The notes: generated by a model from the letters alone, not told the origin. A stretch of 39,167 nucleotides of DNA from Phycisphaerales bacterium (GCA_003533825.1 DQCG01000609.1:1-39167); one strand, 5' to 3'. Shown: positions 26,431 through 35,865, counted from the first letter of the stretch. Translations and numbers: made by a program.

Positions 26431-28908
26431 ATGAACGAATTAGAGAAATATCACAGTCAGGCGACTGGACAAGAAATTGTTAATTTACAAATTCCGCCTG
26501 AACAGGAAAGTGAAGCCACGTCGGATCTGGTAGCCGGCATACTCCGCCGCTGGTACATTGTTTTACTGATATTAATATTAATCTGCGGTAGTGGCCTGCC
26601 TGCCGTATGGTTTATGGTAAAACCTATATACGATGTAACAGGCGCGGTAAGAGTTGCCCCCATATTAGCTGACATCCTGAGCGGCGAACAAGACAGAGGG
26701 GAAATATCCAACTATGAAAGCTTTATGAATACTCAGGCGGAAAAGATCACCAGCAACTCGGTTGTGCAAAGAGTGGCGGACGATTTGGTAGGCAAGAATC
26801 TGTTTTTCTTTGAAGCTGAACCGAACGATCTGGTCTCAAATTGGAAGCGGAAGATTCTCGGTACAAAAAAGATAGATCCGGCAATGAAATTGAAACTGGC
26901 TATAGTTGAAGATGAGACCATTACAGTAGCGGCGGACCGACGGAGTGAACTGATAAACATTACTATGCGAAGTGCAAACGAGGAAGAAGCAAAGCAGATT
27001 GTAGATGCCTTTATTAAGGCATATATGGAGATTGAAGTTGTCAGTGCGGACGAAGATGAGAACCGGCAGCTTGCTATCCTTGAGAACAGGCGTGACTATC
27101 TTTACGAGAAAATTGAAAACGACCGCCAGACCATCTACCAGTTGGGACAGGAATATGGAACTGTAGCTCTGGAAGGGCGGCAGGATATGATGCTGCAGCG
27201 TGTTGCAAGTCTGCTTGATACGCTTACAAGCGTCGAGGCCAAAAGAATAGAGCTCGAAGCGCAGGTCCTGTTGCTTGAGCGCACAAGAGAGCAGCCAATC
27301 TCGCCCGAAGAGCTGCTCAAGATGAGACAGGATTATATCAATCAGGATCCCGCGGTCGTGGCTTTCACGGGAAATATAACACAGTTGGAACAAGATCTCA
27401 TAATTGCCCAGCAGACATTAACCGCTGAAAATCCGGAACTTATCAGGAAAAATGAGCTGTTGAAAACGTTGAAGAAACATTTAGAGGATCGAAAGCAGGA
27501 GGCCAGTAATGCTTTTGATAATTTAGTGGCTAAGGAATCGGCGGTGGCCGGCAACAAGCAGCTTGTGGCTAAACGCAGTGAGCTTGAACAAACTCGAGAG
27601 TATGAAAAACGTCTTCAAGAGACACTATCGCAGCAAGATACTCAAACCATTGGAATTGGTAGAAAACAACTGACGATTCAGGAATTGCAGGAAGGGTTGG
27701 AATCTACAAAAGAAGCTTACCAAATAGTGCTAAAGCGAATACAGGATCTCGAGTTGCAGCGGAAGCGTCCGACAAGGATTTCCGTGCATTATAATGCCGA
27801 TATTGCCTCTATTAACGATAAGCGGGTGAAATATTCAGTAGCCCTGGTCTTTGGTTCGCTTGTTTGCGGTATGGGATTGGCGTATCTTCGGGATAAAGCC
27901 GACCAGAGTCTGAGGACACCCGATGACGTGGCAAAGCGTATAGGTATTCGAATAATCGGCACGACTACAAGTTTGAATACTGTTAAGCCGGCTCTTCTTC
28001 CGGAACAGATAGTCGGAGATTACCAGACTATTCGAGCCAACTTAAAGCTGCTTGGCGGCAGAGGGATACCAAAGAAACTGGTTGTTACCAGTCCGGGCAT
28101 GAAAGAAGGCAAAACCACTTTTTCCGTTAATCTGGCAACAAGCCTGTCCGAGTCGGGGAAAAAGGTTTTACTTATAGACGGCGATTTGAGAAAACCTGAT
28201 GTTGCGCGGTTGTTGAATCTTCCCAAGGGTTCGAGGGGATTGCAAGACGTTCTCTGTGGAGTAAAATTTGAACAGGCAGTCTTTTCTGTAGCTTCAACGG
28301 GCCTGGATGTACTTGCCGCCGATTTCCAGGATTCGGCGGATGCCTACGAGATGTTAGCTTTGCCTTCGACGGCTAAACGGATAAATGCAATCAGCAGAAA
28401 GTACGATCACGTGATCATCGACACTCCTCCCGCGCTGGTTTTTCCCGATGCTCTTATGTGGGCTAAGATTGGAAATGCGGTCATTTTGGTCAGCTATGCC
28501 GGCCATACTACCATGCCAGACCTCAAAGAAGCGAAAGAACGACTTTTACAAATAAATGTTAAGGTGCTGGGCACCGTGCTGAGTAGTGTTCAGGCAGAGC
28601 ATAGTTATTACCGCCACGGCCATAGTTATTATGCACAAAGCGCTCAAACAAGAGAAAGTGCCAGGGTATCCAGGAGAAAACTGATGTTCTCCATGGAAGA
28701 GGGCGCAGATAATACCTACGATTCGAAAATCCCGGAGTCTGATAAGCCGGGTGAAGGTTTTTCGTATTCACAAAGTGTCGAATCAAGAAAAAGCGTTATG
28801 CGAAAACGAACCAGGAAAAAGCCGCCGGTCTCGAATGAGGACATCGCGGATGCAGATAATACCGATACATCCGAGACCGACAGCGAAAATCGGCCGACTG
28901 AGGCCTGA
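26431..28908 (+). CDS. polysaccharide co-polymerase (PCP-2a, Wzz/GumC-like) fused to a BY-type tyrosine autokinase
   Basis: Strong RBS AAGGAG. TM1 is WYIVLLILILICGSGLPAVWFMV, followed by a long coiled-coil periplasmic region, then TM2 YSVALVFGSLVCGMGLAYL. Walker A SPGMKEGKTT, Walker A' LLIDGDLRKP, Walker B HVIIDTPP. Tyrosine cluster SYYRHGHSYY (aa 725-734). Confidence 0.9.
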   Translation: MNELEKYHSQATGQEIVNLQIPPEQESEATSDLVAGILRRWYIVLLILILICGSGLPAVWFMVKPIYDVTGAVRVAPILADILSGEQDRGEISNYESFMNTQAEKITSNSVVQRVADDLVGKNLFFFEAEPNDLVSNWKRKILGTKKIDPAMKLKLAIVEDETITVAADRRSELINITMRSANEEEAKQIVDAFIKAYMEIEVVSADEDENRQLAILENRRDYLYEKIENDRQTIYQLGQEYGTVALEGRQDMMLQRVASLLDTLTSVEAKRIELEAQVLLLERTREQPISPEELLKMRQDYINQDPAVVAFTGNITQLEQDLIIAQQTLTAENPELIRKNELLKTLKKHLEDRKQEASNAFDNLVAKESAVAGNKQLVAKRSELEQTREYEKRLQETLSQQDTQTIGIGRKQLTIQELQEGLESTKEAYQIVLKRIQDLELQRKRPTRISVHYNADIASINDKRVKYSVALVFGSLVCGMGLAYLRDKADQSLRTPDDVAKRIGIRIIGTTTSLNTVKPALLPEQIVGDYQTIRANLKLLGGRGIPKKLVVTSPGMKEGKTTFSVNLATSLSESGKKVLLIDGDLRKPDVARLLNLPKGSRGLQDVLCGVKFEQAVFSVASTGLDVLAADFQDSADAYEMLALPSTAKRINAISRKYDHVIIDTPPALVFPDALMWAKIGNAVILVSYAGHTTMPDLKEAKERLLQINVKVLGTVLSSVQAEHSYYRHGHSYYAQSAQTRESARVSRRKLMFSMEEGADNTYDSKIPESDKPGEGFSYSQSVESRKSVMRKRTRKKPPVSNEDIADADNTDTSETDSENRPTEA

Positions 28909-29013
28909 TTCATAAGATATTGGTTCTTAAAATCCCGGACGGCCCGGCACCGATTGAGTTGAAGATCACGCCTGATTAGCGCGGGCTCATAAATATTGTT
29001 CCTTCATTAATCC

Positions 29014-30732
29014 ATGAATATGATTGTTATACACAGGAACTCTGCAGATAAAAGCGGAGAGAGTTTGCTTCGGTTTGCTCTGGCCGACGAGCCTGTCGCC
29101 GGAGTTATTCTCGATGGATTGTGCAGGTGCTCAGATAAGGACATTAGGGGGGATTCCATTTTGCGATTCCCTGCGAAATTGAATCTCGGCAAGGCTGTTT
29201 GTGCTATCCCGAAGGAATGGGCGGTTGAATCTTGCGAATTGAGCCATGAAAATGAATCGGTGCGACAGACTTCATTTGATGACGGGCCAAATGTAATCCG
29301 CTACAGGGGAAAAGTGCATGTCCCAGTTGAGTTTCTTCGCAGGGCCGGACTGAATGTCGGCTCGGACTCATGGTTCGTTGTGTCCAATGGACGATTTGCT
29401 GCACAAATCAACGTCGAGCTGCTCTATAAGGTACTGGCCGGCGTCCGGGCGGACGTGGTGGCGGTTAATGCGGAACCCGGGTTGCTGGGAGAACGCGAAA
29501 AAGTGCGATTGACAACCCAGAGCAAGGTAGCGGGTTTCCGCCGGGCTTACTCGGATTCAGCCGAGTTCACATTTGTTTCTACTCAATGGCCTCATCATCT
29601 TTTTATTAAAACAAACGTACTCGATCGGATTTTGGTCGATGATGCTTTGCCTCAATCTTTTTCCGCTCTTATAGAAAAGTGCCGGTCAAAAGCATTAACG
29701 CTGCGGGCAGTTAATGTAGGCGGGACTGTGCTGGATTTAGAAACGGAAAATGGTTTACTGTACTTTTGCGAATCGAGGCTTTCGGAAATCCGGAACTCCA
29801 AATACGAACTTCGAGAATCAAGTACAATATCCGAAAATTCGAGATTTATCGGGAAGGTGCTTTTAGGAAAGAATATTCACATCGATCCTAAAGTCATTGT
29901 TGTTGGCCCGACTATTATTGCTGACAATGCCAGGATTGAGCGTGGTGCCGTTATAAATTCATCAATCATCGGGCCGGAAGTTTGTGTGCCGAAGAATCAA
30001 ATTGTCCAAAGCCGGATTATCAAGGGGCCGCAATACGACTGGAAGCGCCTGGTTCGACCCAAAAGCAGTAGAAGTATGTCACTGCGTTCCGATGGGCCGT
30101 TTCGCCTTTGGTCGAAATTTTCTTATGCGAGATTCTTAAAGCGAATTACCGATTGTATTGCCGCGGTAATGGTATTAATTCTGTTTGCCCCCGTGATGCT
30201 GTTCGTTGCCCTGGTAATCAAATTAACTTCGCCGGGTCCTGTATTTTATAAGGATAGACGTCAGGGACTGCACGGAAAGATGTTCAATTGTTTGAAATTC
30301 AGAACGATGGTTACCGGTGCTGATAAGATACAGGAGAAACTGCGAATCGTCAGCCAGGTGGATGGCCCGCAGTTCAAGATGACCGATGACCCTCGAATCA
30401 ATACTGTAGGCAGGTTTCTTCGAGAAACGTATATCGATGAAATACCTCAGTTCTTTAATGTTCTGCACGGCCAGATGAGTATAGTCGGTCCGAGGCCTTC
30501 ACCGGAATCGGAGAATACGCTGTGTCCGTTCTGGCGTGACGCCCGGCTGTCGGTTCGCCCGGGTATTACGGGGCTCTGGCAGGTTTACAGAACACGCCAG
30601 CCGATGAGAGACTTTCAGGAATGGATACAATACGACATCGAGTATGTCAGGAATCTGTCACTGAAAATGGATTTATTCATATGTTGGAAAACAGCAAAGA
30701 AACTTGTTGGAAATTTCATCAACCAATTCTGA
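29014..30732 (+). CDS. priming polyprenyl-phosphate phosphoglycosyltransferase (Bac_transf/EpsB/WbaP-type) with a ~340-aa N-terminal nucleotidyltransferase-like/LbH module
   Basis: PGT core (about nt 30120-30732): FLKRITDCIAAVMVLILFAPVMLFVALVI, LKFRTM and DEIPQFFNVLHGQMSIVGPRP. N-terminal LbH turns IVVGPTIIADNARIERGAVINSSIIGPEVCVPKNQIVQSRII. Confidence 0.9.
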   Translation: MNMIVIHRNSADKSGESLLRFALADEPVAGVILDGLCRCSDKDIRGDSILRFPAKLNLGKAVCAIPKEWAVESCELSHENESVRQTSFDDGPNVIRYRGKVHVPVEFLRRAGLNVGSDSWFVVSNGRFAAQINVELLYKVLAGVRADVVAVNAEPGLLGEREKVRLTTQSKVAGFRRAYSDSAEFTFVSTQWPHHLFIKTNVLDRILVDDALPQSFSALIEKCRSKALTLRAVNVGGTVLDLETENGLLYFCESRLSEIRNSKYELRESSTISENSRFIGKVLLGKNIHIDPKVIVVGPTIIADNARIERGAVINSSIIGPEVCVPKNQIVQSRIIKGPQYDWKRLVRPKSSRSMSLRSDGPFRLWSKFSYARFLKRITDCIAAVMVLILFAPVMLFVALVIKLTSPGPVFYKDRRQGLHGKMFNCLKFRTMVTGADKIQEKLRIVSQVDGPQFKMTDDPRINTVGRFLRETYIDEIPQFFNVLHGQMSIVGPRPSPESENTLCPFWRDARLSVRPGITGLWQVYRTRQPMRDFQEWIQYDIEYVRNLSLKMDLFICWKTAKKLVGNFINQF

Positions 30733-30752
30733 TTTTTAGAAAGGGTGTATAA

Positions 30753-33700
30753 ATGCCGGGTAGATACTTTAACTGGAAACTGGCAATTGTTTTGGTTATC
30801 AGCCTTGTTGTTTTAGGGGTAAGCGCCTTCGGACTGCGAAAGTGGCGCAGAACCAATAGAGTAGAGCAGGATTTTATCCTTGGTAATAAAGCATATAATG
30901 AGCACAGGTGGGAAGAGGCGGCAGAATATCTGGGTAGTTATATTGCCTTGGAACGAGATGATGTGCCCATACTGCTCAAATACGCGGACGCGCAGCTTAA
31001 AATCAGGCCTGCCAAGCGCAACAGAGTTTTACAAGCTATAGGGGCATATCGGAACGTCTTAAGGTTAGAAAAAGATAATTCCGAAGCTGCTATGCAGCTT
31101 ACTGAAATCTACCTGGGCCTCGGCAGCCCCGGCGAGGCGGAGCTTACTGCCAGAAGACAACTTGAGGCTGTTCGGAATCCCGCGCTTCGGAGGATGTTGG
31201 CTCTTGCGCTGGCCGGACAGCGGAAGTTCAAAGAAGCGGCGGCGGAATTGAAAGCAGTTGTACAGGAAAATCCTGAGCAGATATTAGCTTACGAGACATT
31301 AGGTCAGCTTATAGAGCAGCGTCCGGAAGATTTTCAAGATTTACCGTCCTTTTGGTTCGATCAAGCCGTGGAGAAAAATCCGTCTTCCGCCCTGGCATAT
31401 ATAATCCACGCGGGTTTCTACAGGAGAAGTGAAGATCCATCCAGTGCTTTGGCTGATTTGGAACTGGCCGAAAAGCAGGATTTATCTGATTCGGCCGTCC
31501 GGTTGCGCCTTGCAAAAGAACTGATCAATTTAAATGCTCTTGACAAGGCGGAGGTGCACCTCGCCGCTGTGCAGGAAACCTCGCCGGCGGATCAGGATCT
31601 CTGGACAACGTGGGCTACTCTTGCATTGAAATCACAGTCGCAGGAAAAAATGTTGAAAATAGCCGAGAACGGATTGAAAGAGCTTTCTTCTCAGCCGTGG
31701 GATTTTATGCCCTTAGCCACAGAGCTGTTTATCCGCTGCGGCGAGTTTGAAGACGCTAACGATTGTCTTTCGAAAATGTACGAAAAGGATGTTTCAGCGA
31801 TGTCGGTTACATTTTTGAGAGGCCTTGTAGCCGCCGAGCAGGGGAATCTGTTTGATGCCGTAAAATATTGGCAGCAGTCTATGGAATCAGGCAACAAATC
31901 CATACATGTGCGTTTGGCGCTGGCTTCGGCTCTGTCTCGCCTGGGTAACACGCAATCGGCCGTGCAGCAACTGCGTACACTCATTTCTGAAAGCCCCGCC
32001 TCCTTCGAGGGTTATCTGGCCCTGGCTAAACTCCTGTCTCAGACTGGAAACTGGGTCGAGGTCGCCGAGCTTGCTGCAAGAGCTATGGAACTATCGCCGG
32101 AAAACCAGGAATCCGTTTTACTGCATGTACAAGCTCAGATGCAACTGTTATCGGCAAGCTCAGGTAAACAAGGGACGGTAAATGCACAGACGTTGAGTGA
32201 CGTGCAGCGGCAATTGTCTGTTTTGGAGAAAACTCACGAGTCCGTCGGTGAAGTTAAATCGTTGCAGTTACATCTCGCATTACGACAGGGAAAATATGCC
32301 GAGGCTGAGTCTCTTCTGGCTCAACTTAAGGATTCCGGCCTGCCACAAGCAAGGATTGCCATAACCGAAGCTGAGCTGCTTGTCGCTCAGGACAAGATTG
32401 ATGAAGCAATACTGATATTAAATGAAGCCGGGGAAAAGTTTCCCGATGACGCTGATGTGGTAAGATACCTTGCGCTTTCGTTGGACCGGAAAGGAAATCA
32501 AAAAGAATGCGAAGCGCTCATTATAGATTCATTGGATCGTATTGATGCACCTATTGCCAGGCGTGAATTAGGTTTGCTGCTTGCCCAATTCTATGTTCGA
32601 TGGAGACAAAATGACAGTGTATATCCGATGCTTAAAACACTTTCAGGGAAGTTGCCCAACGATATTCCTATAAAGCGTCGGCTTTTATTGTGTGAGCAGG
32701 TTATCGAAGATCCCGAACAAGCACAGCAACTTGTCAATGACATAAAATCCATCGAAGGCGACAACGGCTGGCAATGGCGATATGAACAGGCGACAGTCTG
32801 GTTCGCCATGGATGATTTCAAAAATCGTTATCCCCAGATAGTGTCACTTCTGCAGGAAAATGCGCAGATTAATCCCAATGACCAGTTAAGCCGCGTGCTT
32901 CTGGCGAGAACCTATGAGCGAGCCGGTGAGATGCGATTGGCGCTTTCGATATACCGTGAGACCTTAAGGCGGTCACCTGATGATCTTCGTGTAATCATTC
33001 CCGCTGTTGCCGCACTCTACAATGCGAGGCAATATGATGAAGCCGAGCAGGTTTTGAACCGTGCATCGATACAAAGACTGTTCCATCCGGAACTTAAGAG
33101 ATTGCAATTTCAGAGCTATCTAAGACGTGGCCAGTTGGATTCGGCCTCGGATATTCTCCATAGCCTTCTCAATAACGATCCTGATAATCAGGCTGCCTGC
33201 CTGTCTCTTGCACTGCTCAAGATACAGCAGGGCGAGTTTGATGAGGCCTCTGAGTTGCTGACCGGTCTAAAAGCACAGAATCCTGAATCGCTGCCGGTGA
33301 CCGCCGCACAAATCCAGATCAATATTCGTCAAAACAAAAACGAAGAGGCGATGCGTATTTCTAATGAAATAGTGAAAAAACTGAACAATGCATCCGCCTA
33401 TATCCTCCGTGCTCGAACATATGCTACGCTGGGGCGGATGGAAGATGCCGTCAAAGACCTCGATCATGCTGTTTCCACCGAACCTGAGAACGCTGAGGTG
33501 TGGATTGCCAGAAGCGACTTCTATCGTTCTATAAACCAGGGCGAAAAAGCAACGGCTGATATTCAGAAAGCGTTAGATCTGGCCCCTGATAACATTCAAT
33601 TACAAAAACGTGCCATTCCGCTGTTTTTAGTGTCCGGAGAACCTAATATAGTTCATGCGGGAAAGGTGCTCCTTGAACAAGCTCTGGAATCAAATGCAGA

Positions 33701-34931
33701 AGATATTGAATTACGGCTGCTCAGTGCGCGATCGGCACTTATCGAAGGGACGGCTCCGGCAATCGAAAAAGCCAAGCAGATTCTTCAAAGGGTAACTAAA
33801 GACCGGCCTGAAATGAGTGGGGCATGGGTGCTGTTGGGTCAGATTGCCATAAAGGAGGGTCAGCTTGGGAAGGCCATGGATGCTGCTTTGGGAGGTCTCG
33901 CCTATGAACCCAGCGATAAAAATTTGTTACTGTTGAAAGCTCGCGTGGAGGCGGTGCGGTCACCGGTCCTGGCTATTCCAACTCTGAAATTATTACATGA
34001 GATGGATCCGAACGATCTTAGTATCGCGATATTAATGGCCGAGACGTATATTAAAGCGGGCGATCCGGAAAGAGCTGTAAATCTGTTGAGAGAGCAATTG
34101 ACTGCTTGTGATGCCTCGACGCGTAGAAAATGCGTAGTCGCTCTGGCTGTTGCCTTATACAAAAGCGGCGACAAAGAACAGGCACAAAAAGAATTTGATT
34201 CTCTGCTTGAGTCTGAGCCGGACGATCCGGGTCCATTATTAGCGCATGTGCAATTACTCAAAGACGATGAAGCATGGAGCGTGCTGAGCCGGATGGTCAT
34301 TGACTGGTATGGTAAGCACCCCCAGGACAGTCATACGCCTGTAAACATTGCCAAGGGTTTGATGGTGATTGAGGACAATAAGGCCAGGGTAACAGCCGAG
34401 GAAATACTACGGTTGATACTGAAAGGTGACCCTGATTGTAGTGAAGCTATGGGCATTCTTGCTATCCTGCTGCAAATTAAGGGCCGTCCTGAAGAATCAG
34501 CACCGCTCTACCGCCGACTTCTTGAGCTTGAGTCTGACAATGTAATCGCCATCAATAATCTTGCCTGGATAATGTCCGAAGTGCAAGGTGAACATCAGCA
34601 AGCTCTTGAGCTTGCCCAGAAAGGGATGGAAATGGCGCCAAATTATTATGATCTCATCGATACTCGTGGTGTTATATATTACCGGCTGGGTCAGTACGAT
34701 AAAGCTGTCGCTGATTTCATGGAATGTATTAAGCTTTACCCCGGTATTACGCCGGCAAGCATTGGCACACGTTTTTATTTAGCAAGAGTATTTGCCGATC
34801 TGGGAGAAAAGGACAAAGCAATTAAATATTTGAATGAGGCTTTGGAATTGGAGGGCCAAATCGGCGGTTTATCAACGGCAGACTTGGCCGAAGCAAAGAG
34901 TCTGCTAAAACAGTTACAGGAGGGTAGTTAG
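30753..34931 (+). CDS. very large membrane-anchored TPR-repeat protein (PEP-CTERM-system TPR protein PrsT-like)
   Basis: N-terminal anchor WKLAIVLVISLVVLGVSAFGL. TPR-like helical hairpins run throughout, e.g. GNKAYNEHRWEEAAEYLGSYIALERDD, AYILRARTYATLGRMEDAVKDLDHAVSTEPEN and GVIYYRLGQYDKAVADFMECIKLYP. 1392 aa. Confidence 0.85.
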   Translation: MPGRYFNWKLAIVLVISLVVLGVSAFGLRKWRRTNRVEQDFILGNKAYNEHRWEEAAEYLGSYIALERDDVPILLKYADAQLKIRPAKRNRVLQAIGAYRNVLRLEKDNSEAAMQLTEIYLGLGSPGEAELTARRQLEAVRNPALRRMLALALAGQRKFKEAAAELKAVVQENPEQILAYETLGQLIEQRPEDFQDLPSFWFDQAVEKNPSSALAYIIHAGFYRRSEDPSSALADLELAEKQDLSDSAVRLRLAKELINLNALDKAEVHLAAVQETSPADQDLWTTWATLALKSQSQEKMLKIAENGLKELSSQPWDFMPLATELFIRCGEFEDANDCLSKMYEKDVSAMSVTFLRGLVAAEQGNLFDAVKYWQQSMESGNKSIHVRLALASALSRLGNTQSAVQQLRTLISESPASFEGYLALAKLLSQTGNWVEVAELAARAMELSPENQESVLLHVQAQMQLLSASSGKQGTVNAQTLSDVQRQLSVLEKTHESVGEVKSLQLHLALRQGKYAEAESLLAQLKDSGLPQARIAITEAELLVAQDKIDEAILILNEAGEKFPDDADVVRYLALSLDRKGNQKECEALIIDSLDRIDAPIARRELGLLLAQFYVRWRQNDSVYPMLKTLSGKLPNDIPIKRRLLLCEQVIEDPEQAQQLVNDIKSIEGDNGWQWRYEQATVWFAMDDFKNRYPQIVSLLQENAQINPNDQLSRVLLARTYERAGEMRLALSIYRETLRRSPDDLRVIIPAVAALYNARQYDEAEQVLNRASIQRLFHPELKRLQFQSYLRRGQLDSASDILHSLLNNDPDNQAACLSLALLKIQQGEFDEASELLTGLKAQNPESLPVTAAQIQINIRQNKNEEAMRISNEIVKKLNNASAYILRARTYATLGRMEDAVKDLDHAVSTEPENAEVWIARSDFYRSINQGEKATADIQKALDLAPDNIQLQKRAIPLFLVSGEPNIVHAGKVLLEQALESNAEDIELRLLSARSALIEGTAPAIEKAKQILQRVTKDRPEMSGAWVLLGQIAIKEGQLGKAMDAALGGLAYEPSDKNLLLLKARVEAVRSPVLAIPTLKLLHEMDPNDLSIAILMAETYIKAGDPERAVNLLREQLTACDASTRRKCVVALAVALYKSGDKEQAQKEFDSLLESEPDDPGPLLAHVQLLKDDEAWSVLSRMVIDWYGKHPQDSHTPVNIAKGLMVIEDNKARVTAEEILRLILKGDPDCSEAMGILAILLQIKGRPEESAPLYRRLLELESDNVIAINNLAWIMSEVQGEHQQALELAQKGMEMAPNYYDLIDTRGVIYYRLGQYDKAVADFMECIKLYPGITPASIGTRFYLARVFADLGEKDKAIKYLNEALELEGQIGGLSTADLAEAKSLLKQLQEGS

Positions 34932-34933
34932 CT

Positions 34934-35257
34934 ATGCTTCAATTGCAAAATTCACAATCTGAGAACATAGTAAGTGGTGATTACGGGTGCAAACAGCCCG
35001 ATGTCATTCTGCTTAACCAAAAACAGTGGTCGTATGTGCAAAACATTTATAATTTAACGCCTCGAGAACGTCAAATAGCGGAATTAGTTTGTAAGGGTTT
35101 CAGAAATGGTAATATAGCTAAATTCCTGCACATAAAACCCGGTACAGTAAAGACTCACACAAGGAATATTTATCGAAAAGTCCACGTTAAAAGCAAAATT
35201 GCGATGCTCCTGAGATTTGTGAATGATTCGAGGGATCTTACAACTCCCTATGTATGA
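34934..35257 (+). CDS. small LuxR/GerE-type HTH transcriptional regulator with no receiver or ligand domain (EpsA-like role)
   Basis: LTPRERQIAELVCKGFRNGNIAKFLHIKPGTVKTHTRNIYRKVHVKSKIAML is a complete GerE HTH. The ATG lies 2 nt after the TPR gene's TAG stop (34929-34931). Confidence 0.85.
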   Translation: MLQLQNSQSENIVSGDYGCKQPDVILLNQKQWSYVQNIYNLTPRERQIAELVCKGFRNGNIAKFLHIKPGTVKTHTRNIYRKVHVKSKIAMLLRFVNDSRDLTTPYV

Positions 35258-35865
35258 GAGTATATATTGCTCTTTTTACTTACAACTGAACTTTTGCAAA
35301 ACTCTTGTTACAAGGCAAAGATCGCTGAGATAATTCCTACCTATAACACCCATATATACATCCCACCATATTAGTATTAATACAAATCATAACTGACTCA
35401 TACGAAAAAACAGCTTTATTAAAGCTGACAATCCCCTTTTCAATACTAAGAAAGCACAAAATGCAGATCTAAAACATAATATAAGGATTCTGTGTCTGCA
35501 TCATTTCAAAAAACTGCAAGTACTACAAATCTTCGTTAAATCAATTAATAATCATTTCCTGAACAAATATTTACTTATCTTAAAATAGTTTTCTATTTTT
35601 CCTATATTATAGAAGTTAAACTAAAGTTATTGCGCTTATTTGTCCGATAAGTACAACGAAAATATAATACGTCCGAGAATATATCCATAAAATGCAATAT
35701 TTTCATTTATTTCTTTTCATTTTTGTTCTATAATGAAGATATTGAACTTAGAGAATATACACATAGCAGATAAGGAGGGTAAGACCATCTCGAATATATT
35801 CTGAGAGGGTCCTCGGTAGGTTATGTGGTAAGATTAAAAGCGCCCTGTAAGGAGACAGAGGAGAA
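35258..35865. promoter_or_regulatory. ~600 bp AT-rich non-coding region; presumed promoter, operator and 5'UTR for the downstream secreted-protein genes
   Basis: No plus-strand ORF of 60 aa or more. G+C is about 22-30% in the 60-nt lines I counted, against roughly 45-50% in flanking genes. TATAAT at 35729-35734. Imperfect hairpin/palindrome at 35783-35811 (GACCATCTC-GAATATATTC-T-GAGAGGGTC). Strong RBS GAGGAG before ATG 35866. Confidence 0.5.
35411..35427. repeat. perfect 17-bp palindrome CAGCTTTATTAAAGCTG (candidate operator or weak terminator hairpin)
   Basis: CAGCTTTA-T-TAAAGCTG reads identically on both strands. It lies 154 nt after the LuxR stop and is followed by ACAATCCCCTTTT. Confidence 0.6.

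Noticed and set aside
35733-35804. 23-codon mini-ORF (MKILNLENIHIADKEGKTISNIF*) in the AT-rich gap
   Set aside because: No RBS precedes it. Short ORFs are expected by chance, and I cannot assess conservation. It is mentioned only as a possible leader peptide to test by Ribo-seq.
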